Below are positions 26,624 to 37,684 of a DNA stretch of 64,000 nucleotides, piece after piece. The position numbers and the translations under genes are program-made. The stretch's first letter is position 1. Every line of letters begins with the position of its first letter. Source of the stretch: the human T2T-CHM13v2.0 reference genome, Homo sapiens. Below the pieces are notes generated by a model. That model saw only the letters and a program-made list of their open reading frames with translations, did no database searches and was not told where the DNA came from. The stretch is from assembly GCF_009914755.1 (NCBI RefSeq), contig NC_060930.1. One strand, written 5' to 3'.

Positions 26624-27581
26624 ATTATCTTTCATCTCTAAATCTATTTCCTAGTATAGCACTTACATCATAGAAGTTTTGTGATGGTTAAGTGAGTTAA
26701 TATAGGTAAAATTCTTAGCACAGTTCCTAAGACATAGCAAGTGTTCAATGAATGTTAGCTGTCATTCTCATTACTGTTATCATGATGATCATTTGTATTT
26801 AGGACCCAGACATAGGGACTGAGATAAAAATGCTGAGAGCTGGGCTTTTGACCAAAACCTCAGCTCAAGTCAGGATACTTGGCAACATCTAAGTGCAACC
26901 AAAAGTTGGGTACCCGTTGGCCCATTGTATGATAAATCTACCCTTGCCAATATTCCTGTGATTGATAAAACTCACAGCAGGATAGTTCTGATCATCATTA
27001 TTTCTGAATACATTTATAAGATAATGGTTAGTGCCATTCATTTTTATGTATCCCTTGATGCAAATTAAGCTAATTTAGAGAAGAAATTCTTAATCAGTAC
27101 CATGAGGTAGAGGAAAAAATTCTTTAAGCACATAAAAAGGCATTACTGCAACTTAGAGAAGCAAGGCTATTTTATCCAAGTTCTTGAATACAAAATATAT
27201 TATAGTGAAAGAAAAGTAATACTGAAGATAAATAATGCAATTTGTCTATGTAATCTTTGTAATCATTTTCATGACCTCACTGTGGCTTGGATCAGTTAAT
27301 TCGGTCGTTCAGGAGATAATAGTCCTAATGAGACTGGATTGTAGATCTTATCTTCATGTAAGCCTGATAGCATAGAGAAACATTCTGCTCCATAATTAAA
27401 AATTGTACTCATATCCTTATAGTCTGTGTTGCAAATGCATGATGATGATTACAAGAGAAATGAAGAGAAAGTGGAGGGAGAATATGGTACCAATAAATTC
27501 CCACTAATGGGAAAAAAACTCCAAGGGCATGCTTTTCTGGGAGTGGATAAATAGTATTACTTTCCGATGGAAAGGGCTAAT

Positions 27582-27610
27582 TGTGTTTGTGTGTGTGTGT
27601 GTGTGTGTGT
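27582..27610. repeat. (TG)n microsatellite
   Basis: Directly visible. Confidence 0.9.
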
Positions 27611-27693
27611 ACATGCGTGAATGGAATAAATTGTCATGTAAAGAAAAAGCAATGTAATAAACATACAAGTTCTAGTAATGCACCATTAGTGTC

Positions 27694-28143
27694 TATGTTA
27701 GTGTCCTAGGGCCATAATGAATTACCACAAGCTGGGTAGTTTAAAACAACAGAAATTTATTCTCTCACAGTTTTTAAGGCTAGCAGTCCAAAATCAAGGT
27801 ATCAGCAAGGCCATGCTCTCCCTGAAAACCCCAGGGGGAGATCGATTTCTGCATCCCTCTAGGTAGTGGTAGTTGCCAGAAGTCTTTGGCTTTCCTTGGC
27901 TTATGTCAGCATAATTCAATTTCTGCCTCCATCTTCACATTTCCATCTTACCTCTGTGTCTGTGTTCAAATTTCCTTATTCTTGTAAGGATACCAGTCAT
28001 ACTGAATATAGGGCTCACTCTAATCCTGTATGACTGCGTCATAACTTGATTACCTCTGCAAAGACAGTATTTCCAAATATTATCACATGCACAGGTTCTG
28101 GGTGGACATGAATTCTTCAGGGGAAACTATTCGATTTATCACA
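27694..28143 (-). mobile_element. MLT1B/C MaLR solo LTR
   Basis: TTACCACAAGCTGGGTAGTTTAAAACAACAGAAATTTATTCTCTCACAG...AGTCCAAAATCAAGGTATCAGCAAGGCCATGCTC. Confidence 0.85.
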
Positions 28144-28799
28144 GTACCAATCACCCTAACTACTGAGGTCTGACTCATTTCTTTGTGGTTTCTTTTAGGC
28201 TCTTGCTTTCCCTTTCTTCTTTGGTATTTGATTCCCATCTTTTTAGCCTTTCTTATTTTCTTTCTTTAGAAAAAAGTTATTTCGCTCATTCAGAGGAGGA
28301 AGATGTAAGTTACATCATTTTAATGATTACACAGTAGACAGGTTCTGTTTGTGGAACAGATGGTCCACCTGCTCCTTCATGTGGGGTGGACTCATATTCT
28401 CATTATCCCTATGCTACATGGTATATATGGGTTGGTGGGGGAAAGGGATTTCAGTGAATTATGAGCCATCAGCAAGCTTATCCCTGTAGCATTTTATAGT
28501 CCATAGACTGCCATGAAATGCCACTCCAGGTAATTCCCAGATCTCTATTGCCTCCCCCACAACTTCCACCTTCCTAATGTTTTCTTTCCTAAAGTTACTC
28601 ATTGTGAGATCACCGTTAGCAAGCAGACTTTCTTTTGACCCCAACTAATATGTCATTAAAAAAAATCTGACAATTATTTTCCATTTCCCAGCCTATCTCA
28701 TTAAACATATAGAACTGATAGATTGTTGGTCAAAGAGAAAACTGAAGCAGAGAGAGAATCCTCCTACCTTTTCAATCCCTCTCTGCTCAGCCTCTTCCA

Positions 28800-29100
28800 C
28801 GCTCGTCCCCAATCAAGGAAGGGCTGCTAAGCTGATTGTTCATAGTCTGGGATGACTGATTGGTGGTCAGGGTCACTTTGTTCATGACCATGCATTTATG
28901 AACTCTTTACCGTGACCCTGCATCTTGCTGCTAGTGCAGCAAGAACGCCAAATGCTGTCTTGTTCTCTCCCAAAGCATACCTGCATTTGTTAATCATTGC
29001 TTTGATTTCTGTACCATATGTCTGGCCAGAAGATGATAACAGCCTAATGTCAGTAAGGGCTTGGGGATAAAGAAAAGGCTCCATTTATTTATTTAGATTA
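28800..29100. promoter_or_regulatory. Candidate regulatory element (unique sequence)
   Basis: CCAATCA 28809-28815, CTGATTGG 28856-28863, TGGTCAGGGTCA 28864-28875, HNF1-like GTTAATCATTGCT 28989-29001; motif evidence only. Confidence 0.3.
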
Positions 29101-29236
29101 TGTTGAATAAAGAGTCAAACTTGTTTTACCTTCACTTGGTACTGGAGGTGATTGGCCATGGCTAAGCCAGTAAAAAACAAACACCCCCCGATTCCCAGCC
29201 CTCCAACACTTTGTGCTTTGCTTCCCTTGTGCCTAT

Positions 29237-29252
29237 TGTGTGTGTGTGTGCG

Positions 29253-29288
<36 letters not shown>

Positions 29289-29293
29289 TGTGT
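29237..29293. repeat. Interrupted (TG)n microsatellite
   Basis: Directly visible. Confidence 0.95.
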
Positions 29294-30057
29294 TTGTGGT
29301 GGCCCACCAAGTACCTCTTCAGAGGGATGATTGTTGGAGTAGAATATATCTATTTTGGGTCTTATAACCAAATATCATCAACACCCCAGCAACGCTTCTA
29401 ACAAGTATGTTGTAAACAATGTCTAAAATAAGAGATCTGGGTTTATTTGTTGACTTAACTTATCCAGGATATTCATTAGTTCAAATAATTAGGAACTGGT
29501 CACATTGTGGCAGCCCATGTATGTTCCTAGGCAGATCATTTCAAAGGTGAAACTATGTTACACTGTTACTAGAAGTATTAGACGTGCCTCCTTTGAAAGC
29601 AGCTTTGTACATACTTATTGCATTGGTATACAACAAAAGAATATACATAACTTCTTAGTGGCTCTGACTGATGCATTATTAGCTGGTTGTTAGACCCTAG
29701 TGCTTCTATCTCTGTATAATACTTCATTTTTCATGAGCTATAACACTCTCTTAATGGTAGTGTTAGTGGAATATTCTTATTCAACTTATTCAGTGACTAA
29801 TTTAGAGATTATGACAATATTTTACATCCTAAGTCATTAGTTGAATATGTATTAGAATCTAATTGTTTGTCTTAATTATTACAGTTTTTGTCTTTGTCTA
29901 TCATTACATGTGTAGAAGGTTATAATAATAAGGAATCTCATTTATTAAATACCCATTACAGGATCATTATTTAAAACTAAATTTGGAAATGTGGCTTATT
30001 TCAAATTAGACTAACATGTGCCTTATACTTCAGATGCCATTCAAAGCAACAGGACTC

Positions 30058-30227
30058 TTTTTATTAATTGTTTTATTTTACTTTAGGTACTGGGATAGGT
30101 GTATATGACATGAAGGTTTGTTACATGGGTATACATGTGCCATGGTAGTTTGCTGCACCTATCAACCTGTCATCTAGGTTTTAGGCCCCACATTCATTAG
30201 GGGCTTTGACCCCTAATTCATTTGACT
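30058..30227 (-). mobile_element. Very short 5'-truncated L1PA (PA8-10-like) 3' end
   Basis: GGTTTGTTACATGGGTATACATGTGCCATGGTAGTTTGCTGCACCTATCAACC; TSD AACAGGACTC at 30048-30057 and 30228-30237. Confidence 0.85.
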
Positions 30228-31556
30228 AACAGGACTCATAACAATCTTTCATGGGTTGTCTAAACAAAGCTAAATTTTGAAATACTGAGATATAAAATTT
30301 TGGCATAATCAAACAATTGTTCTATTTCGTAAGAGTATAGATGTAAAAGCACAACATTTTTAAGGAATTAAAATTGTACTTAGCTCCAATTTTAGTCATT
30401 TGGTTACTCATTTAACATCTTTATTGTTCCAATGGAACCCAAGCTAATGTAAATAAAGATGATTATAAATACATAAATACACAAAACTATGAGAAATATT
30501 TTATCACAGGTAGTGTACAGTTATTACCTATAAATGAGTATAACCATAGCTGATGAATATAATGTAGGTAAAAATGTTCAATATATTGAGAAGGGAGCTA
30601 CATATTCTTGTGGGGCCTTTGCTCCAGAATTTGAGGGGACTCTTTGATGGGACAAATTCCTACTTGTTTTCTCCCACAAGAACATGCAGAATTTCTTGCT
30701 CTGATGCTATTAGTAAGGGTACATTAGTAATTGCTTATTTATAAGGCTATAAACTGAAGGTAAAGTTCTTATCTGACTTTCACCTACAAATATACACATA
30801 TTATCCCATGATTTGTCAAGGGCAGCATTTCCCAGTTATATTTTCCCTCTTTATGGCATTGTCAGTGAACTTTTAGGAAATGACACAGAGTAGCTTCATT
30901 TTGGGTCTGAGGAAGCAATGCCAGTAACCAGAATCCAGGGGAGCCAGCCTGAGGGAAACTAAAGCCCACAAAAATTAAGTATTTATCCATGGTGACCCAG
31001 AAAATCATTAGACCCAAATCCTCTGACTCCTGAGACCAGCCTTTTTTTGCTTTCATTTATGATGTTATGTGCCTCCCCATGGCACCTTCTTAACATACCT
31101 TCTCAGTATGTGCTTTGGCATGGCTAAATTTATTGAGGCTGTTAACTGGACCTTGAAATGTACGTTCCACTTTGTGGTGTTAGGCAGATTCAGATGTAAA
31201 ATCTGAACTGCGTCCTTATGACCACATACTGACTTCAATCCTTTTGGACAACTTTAACTTAATATCACTAGAAATTCCTTGCATGGATCATGAGCAACAT
31301 GTGACCCTCAAATTCTTCTCAGTTCATTATAACCTTTCATCTCTTCTATGGCATCTGAATTCCAGATATATATATTCTATTTATTATGTTTAATCTGTTA
31401 ATAATTTAAAGAAATATTTAACTCTATGAACATGAAGATTGCAACTGAAGCAGAAAGAATATTCAAGGAGTGTTTGCACTCCTTTTTCTTGGTTTAATTG
31501 CTCAAGGTGAGTTAACTGCAAAATTATCAGCTCAATGCTAAAGAGATTGGCCTGCC

Positions 31557-31625
31557 AGCCCACCCCATTCTTGTTTCAGTGTCCTGTGCTAGCCCACCCC
31601 ATTCTTGTTTCAGTGTCCTGTGCTA
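31557..31625. repeat. Perfect 34-bp tandem duplication
   Basis: AGCCCACCCCATTCTTGTTTCAGTGTCCTGTGCT at 31557-31590 and 31591-31624. Confidence 0.97.
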
Positions 31626-31699
31626 CTGAAGTTCTTCTCATGGCATAGGGCATTAACATTATTCGTCCCTGTATTTGTGCCTGTGTCTGTTAAGACCTT

Positions 31700-32560
31700 T
31701 TATACAATAGCCTCAGAACTCTGGTTGCAATTAGAGTTTTGATTAGCTGTCAGTGATGTCATAGCCATGCTTATTTTAAATCCACTGTGCTAAGTGTTTT
31801 CCTTTTCTTAATGTACTGTAGAAATTCCATTTCTTGACAGCAATAAGACACTTCAGGCAATGTGTTTCAGGGCCAATATTGTACTTCTCATGAAGTTAAG
31901 ACACTTGGCCTTCAGCCTCATGACTTATAACACAATCTGAGTTATGCTATAATCACCCAGATATATACATGGCCTGTTGTGTTTTATTGCTTAAATGGAA
32001 ACTGCCCCAAGAGCCTCATCAACTGACAAGGTGGGAATATAGCCCCGAATGATTGTTCAGAATCCCAATGGGACTTGCATTTGGTCAGCTCTCCTTCAGC
32101 CTTTCACGGGTTGCACTGAAACTCTGGCGGCCTTTCATACATTTACCGCGCAAGAGAAACCAAACTCTCCAGCATCTCGGGTCTCACTGCCAGACTGCCT
32201 AACTTAGTTTGCCAAATATCTCCCCCTCAACACATTTATTGAACTTTAAAACAGCAGAGCAGCATTGAATGAAGTCCAGTAATTTTTATAGGATATATTT
32301 TAGTCACTAGACTTTGAAGGCTATTCCAACATTAATTATGAAGTTTCTGTGTCTGGATAACATATTGTTAACAGTTATTTTGCAAGTGCTAATGGCAAGA
32401 TGGAAGATTTCCAATAATTTTATTGAGGAAGTGGCAATTAAAATGTTGAGCACTACAGCATACATACAAAATAAAAATAACCTTGCAAACAGTGTACTAC
32501 TTCATGGCAAAAATGGGGAAATAAGTTTTTTAAAACAGATATGATGATTTGATTTTGCAT
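31700..32560. promoter_or_regulatory. Candidate conserved non-coding element / developmental enhancer
   Basis: No recognisable repeat; TGACAG on both strands (31747-31752, 31835-31840); six CpGs in about 32044-32180; TTTTATAG, ATTAATTA and CAATAATTTTATTG homeobox-type sites. Confidence 0.35.
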
Positions 32561-34889
32561 TTCCACCTCTTTTTTGCTCAAGGAGGATGAAGAGGTCTCT
32601 TTTTTGTTTGTTTGCTAATGTTTAAAAGCAGTGTAAAATGCCAGAGCCCTGGGCTGATTTGATATTGTTTACTACGACATCATGAAATGATTTTAAGACA
32701 AGTTGTTACCCATATTTCTTTCAATAACAAATATCACTAAAATGAGATCATTGGCTTAGTGTGACAATTTATGACTCTAGAAATGCATGAGCTGTCTTTT
32801 CTAAAGACTTTTAAAGACCTCATCTAGCATGCTTTTTCCTCTAGAGCTCTCTGTGTGACCACCCATCTTCCAAACTCACCCTACCGCAGTCAGCCAGCAG
32901 CTCTGGGTCGTTAGCCTGTCAGAACCCTGAGAGCAGAATGATGGACAGCAAGAGGCAGCAGGCAGGATGGAGAACACTCCAGCATACACGACGTTGGGGT
33001 ACAGCACACAGGGATAAGAGACACAGCAGGGAAGTGGTGGATGATGCCTGTGGACTCCAGGTCCAGAAGTCTGTCATCTTCAACACACTGCTTCTGATCA
33101 TTTTAAATTTAGAGTGCAAATTATTAATTGCAGAATCAAGACCACTGGAATCAAGACAAACTGACTTTGTGTCAATAATTTAATGCCATTGTATTTTGAA
33201 AGAGTTCAGAAAAAGAGTACATCTGCTTCACAACTACTTGATCTCCATTTTCTTTTTTATGCATATCCTGACTGCTGTATAACTTAAGCCTAGGTTTTTT
33301 CTCTCATCCATTTGGTGGAATATTTTTTCCTAAATGAAGAGTAATCTATATTTTCTATTTTGATTTAAATCTATAATTGGAGTGCTTATCAACATTGGCT
33401 AATGAAATCAACCTATCAACACTATAATATTACAGCATGAAGTTTCTGGCTAAAATATTTTCCTTATGGTTCTGCTTTTCTAGGATCCATATTATATTCT
33501 TCCCTTGGTCTTTCTTTGGGAGTCATTTCTTAAAAACACCCCCCCTTTTTTTTCTGAAGACTCACATGAGAGCAGTGGAATCAAGAGTTAGGTCTTTCTT
33601 TTCTCACTTAAGAACAATAAGCATACAGAAACTGAAATTATACAACAAAATTTTACCCATTTCTGCTAAATTAAAGAGATTTTTAAAAACAATTTTAAAT
33701 GTCAATACACAGAAAAAGAATAATTCCCATTAATGGGGTTTCCTCTTTCTTAACGTGTATTTATGGAATTAATTCTTATATTTCCTGTTTATTTACTGAT
33801 TCTTATGAATCCTAAATATTAAAGCAGGTTATTGTTCTTTATTTTGTTTAATAGCACATTAAGGGAATTTGAATTTCAGTTAAATTATTTATTTCCAGAG
33901 ATTCATAATCTAACCCAAGAGCAATACTTTAAGGTGGCATCCTATGAAAGAGTTTATCATTTGTTGACTTATTGCTTCTTATAAGAGGATTTATCATTTG
34001 TTATTTACTCCTTAGTAAATATTTCTAGATCATATTGTGTGTATGTATAACTTCTCCACCTTTGCCTCTGTGAGGAAGCAAAACATGTCCTTTTTTTCTT
34101 TTTATGCTCAATGTGTTAAGATGTCTTCATTTAATTCATGCTCAACAAAATGCTCACAAACTAATGGAAAGCTGAAGATCTGTATTTAATTCATCACATA
34201 ATTATTTTTCTTCAAGAAAATTAATCCTAATTCTTGAGTCACAAAAACCATGTATGTTGAAAAAATATTGATTATTGCTTCATGTAAGTGACATTTTCTG
34301 ATTTTCCAACTGATTTTTAAGATGGACAAACCAATGCAACAGAGCATGGAAGAGTGAGAGAAGCTTCTGGATGAGAACCAATATAAGGGAGATAGATGGT
34401 AAACTTTGAGTGGATTTCAGCCTAAAGACGTCAGTCTTATTTTGCTAACATACTTCAAAGAATATGTACAAGATTGATTTTAAAATACAAAGTTTTAAAG
34501 CTAGATATAAAACTTGTATAATTTAGTTTAGAAAATAAAATAGTTTCCTGTCGGTGGATGGGCCCCCTGAGAGCCAATTAGTGAATTCTTCATCTAAATT
34601 ACACCTTAGGTCTGGAAAGTATTAACCTCCAAAGGGTGTACAATTTATCCCCAGGATGGGTGTAAGTAGTCTGCTATTGGATGAGTGTCCTTAAAAAACC
34701 TGGAATAACTGTTACCTTTCTAGGAGTCACTGGAAAGAACAGTAGTTACCTGTTACCAATATAGAAAGCTTTTATGACTAATACTCCAGAAATTTCAGTT
34801 CCTTCCTCTTGGTTCCCTTCTGTGTCTCTGTGACTCTGTAGCTGTTCTACCAGGTACTAAGTACCAAGGTTTGAACTAGACTCAGTGTA

Positions 34890-35067
34890 GCCAATTGAGA
34901 GGTAGATCTCCTAGAGTATGATGGTTTGGACTTTGAAGGCTGACAGATTTAGGTTTGATTGCTGTCTCTGCTTTCTTATGCCAATGAGAGGCAGATCTCC
35001 TAGAGTGTGATGGTTTCAGCTTTGAAGGCTGATGGATTTGGGTTTGATTGTGTCTCTGCTTTCTTAT
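34890..35067. repeat. Diverged ~89-bp tandem duplication of a MIR 5' end (MIR continues to about 35215)
   Basis: GCCAAT(T)GAGAGGYAGATCTCCTAGAGT...TCTCTGCTTTCTTAT at 34890-34979 and 34980-35067, about 10 differences. Confidence 0.92.
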
Positions 35068-35625
35068 CTATGTGAAACTGGAATATTACTTAGATTCCCT
35101 GAAGTTCAATTTCCTTAAACATAAAATGGGGGTTATATATCAGCCTCAGAGTTATTGTAAGGTTTAAATGAAAAGGTATTTGACAAGCCCTTGGCATAAG
35201 TTTACATGCATGATAGGATCACAGGATATTTGCTTTGATTTATTTGCTTGGTAACATTGTTAGGTTTGTACTAATCCATATGTCCTGAGTTCTGTCCCCT
35301 TACAGAAATGAAAGAGAATGTCCAAGGCCAGGGTGTAGGGGGAGAGGGGAAAGCAGACTTGAATCCATGCACAGTCTCAGTTTTATTAGGACCACCTCAC
35401 CCTAAAAATAGAGCTCCCCAGTGATTGGTAGAAAAGCTATAAGATTCAAAATCTTGTGGTAGAGTTGGAAATTGGAAGCCTAATGAAGGAATATATTATA
35501 CTTCAGATGCCAGCAATGAGAGAAATTCTAATGAGCAATGTCCTAAAGTTTAAGGATGATAGTTAATAATTATTGAGTCTTTACAATAGACAAAATACTA
35601 TGTTGGATATGGGGTCTTTTACCAG

Positions 35626-35851
35626 TGTTAAAAGAAAAACTTCAAACAAATTGAATTTAACAGGGTTTAATTGAGCAAAGAACAATTAGCAAATTGTTAC
35701 TTGCCTGTTTGTTGCAAGTGTAGGTTACAGTCTGTTTACACATCCAGTTAGGTTACAGTTTATACATCCCGTTAGGTTAAGGTAGGGAGAAACCTTTAGG
35801 CTGAACTTAAAATATGTGAGGAGGCAGCTTTAGGCTGTATTTAATTTAGCA
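35626..35851 (-). mobile_element. MER57-like ERV1 solo LTR, internally deleted
   Basis: Minus strand begins TGCTAAATTAAATACAGCCTAAAGCTGCCTCCTCACATATTTTAAGTTCAGCCTAAAGGTTTCTCC; the other terminus reads TGTTAAAAGAAAAACTTC; TSD CCAG/TCAG. Confidence 0.75.
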
Positions 35852-36259
35852 TCAGAAACCATTGCATTTGAACATAATAACAGTGGAGGATCCAGACACC
35901 ACTCTTATGTCATTGTATAGATGAGGAAAGTAAAGATCAGTTGTTTGAGGAATTTATCCAAGGTCTTTCCAGGTGTATATGGCTCCCTTCTACTGTATTG
36001 CTTCCAAACAGAATGGTAAGAAAATTACAAGAACTGAAAGGACAGACTATATCCTCAGGACCTATTAAAAATCAGAGCTGTCTTTTGGTTTGGTTTTGCT
36101 CTGTTTTGTTTTTATGGGAAGGACTCTTTATACCAATAACTCACCTATTTTATAATCTTGTCAAATTATCTCTGAATAAAATTTCTGAAAATGCTCTTGT
36201 GGAAAGTATGCTAGCTGGGGCAAAGCCTTTTCGATGATCAGCAAGAGCTTTTCTTCTTG

Positions 36260-36635
36260 CTGTAAAAAGCCAGACGTTCCCCAGACTGTCTTGCACTTGG
36301 GTGTAGCCAGGTGACTGAGTTCTATCCAATGGAATGTGAGTAGAAGTGATATGTAGCATTTCTGGGCCAGGTGCATAAAAACTTCACCTTATTGTTTCTC
36401 TGTGCTCCTTTTCTTCACATGATTTAATGCAGAGGGGCATGGTAACCTTGAAAGCTATTAAAGTTCATGGAGCCTCAAGATAGAAGGAACCCACACCTCT
36501 GAATCAGTGTTCACAGGAGAGCCCCAGTTAATCAGGAATACTCATTTCATCTGCACATGCGTGAGAAAGGAGTGTTTGAGCCATTATAAGCTTTGAATTT
36601 GTTTTTTTTTTTACAGCAGCAAGAATACATTAACT
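36260..36635 (+). mobile_element. MLT1 (H/I/J-type) LTR
   Basis: CCAGGTGACTGAGTTCTATCCAATGGAATGTGAGTAGAAGTGAT...TTACAGCAGC...TAACTAAT. Confidence 0.7.
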
Positions 36636-37512
36636 AATTTTCTGTCTAATTAGAATTTTTTATAGAATTTATTTTCTCTCACAACTTGTTACTTATGAAT
36701 ACTTGAAGTCCTATATGTCAGCTTTTGGTGATGTCTTTGAAAGTGAGCAAAAAATTCACATTGAGCGAATGTTTATCCATCTGACCATATTGTCATGATG
36801 CTTATTTTTACTGTTCTCTGCCAGCCCTGAATTTATTAAAATACACAGACAGGCTAGTCCTATTTCAATTTGTCTTTTACTGATGTCCACATATCCTGCA
36901 CCTCCCTCCCCACCACCCGCCAATCCCTACTCTGCCACTGGAATTCTGCCTAAAATGAAACAGCAACAGAACAGAGGTCAAGAACTTGGAAGGATTCATA
37001 TGGGAGAAACCAGGTACAGCTTGATTTAATATCAATATTTCATATGTTCAGAGAGTGAAGTTTCAGGCTACAAGATAACAGCCCATCATTTTTATGCCCT
37101 TCCATCTGTGAAAAGCTGTTCCTCAAAGAACAGTGTATGAACAGCCTCGCAGCTTTTCATCTTAGGCATTATACTCTGAAAAAAAAAAGAGATCTTTTGA
37201 TGCATAACCAGACTTTGAGGATAATTCAAATCTATGGAGTTATAGGGCCAGACTGATAAAGAATGCAGATTTTCTATCTGAAATATATTACTGGGGAAAG
37301 GTACAGAACACAAATCTTTAACATAATGAAACCTTTGCCTCCTGCATATATAAAACAAAGGTTACACTATCTACTATCTGCCAGTGAAGAAACAAGTATG
37401 CACATTTAATAGATGGTGAAATAAGAGTCACAGGGATAGAATAAAGGGTTAAAAAGAAGTAAAATTATAGTTCATTTAAATTTACAGAGTCAGGTTTTAT
37501 TTTTAAAAATAC

Positions 37513-37684
37513 ACTTCTTCCTGCCACCATGTGAAGACGGATGTGTTTGCCTCCCCTTCTGCCATGCCTGTAAGTTTTCTGAGGCCTCCCCAGCCTTGCA
37601 GAACTGTGAGTCAATTAAACCTCTTTTCTTTATTACCCAGTCTTGGGTATGTCTTTATTAGCAGCATGAGAACAGACTAATACA
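37513..37684 (+). mobile_element. THE1C/D LTR 3' half
   Basis: CCTGCCACCATGTGAAGACGGATGTGTTTGC...GAACTGTGAGTCAATTAAACCTC...AGAACAGACTAATACA. Confidence 0.85.

Noticed and set aside
31465-31512. 8-bp hairpin AAGGAGTG/CACTCCTT followed by a T-run, and a strong donor AAG|GTGAGT
   Set aside because: A bacterial terminator-like shape has no meaning in human DNA; no convincing upstream acceptor or ORF defines an exon.
32930-33020. GGACAG and CAGCAC half sites suggesting a REST/RE1 element
   Set aside because: The halves are not in canonical order or spacing.
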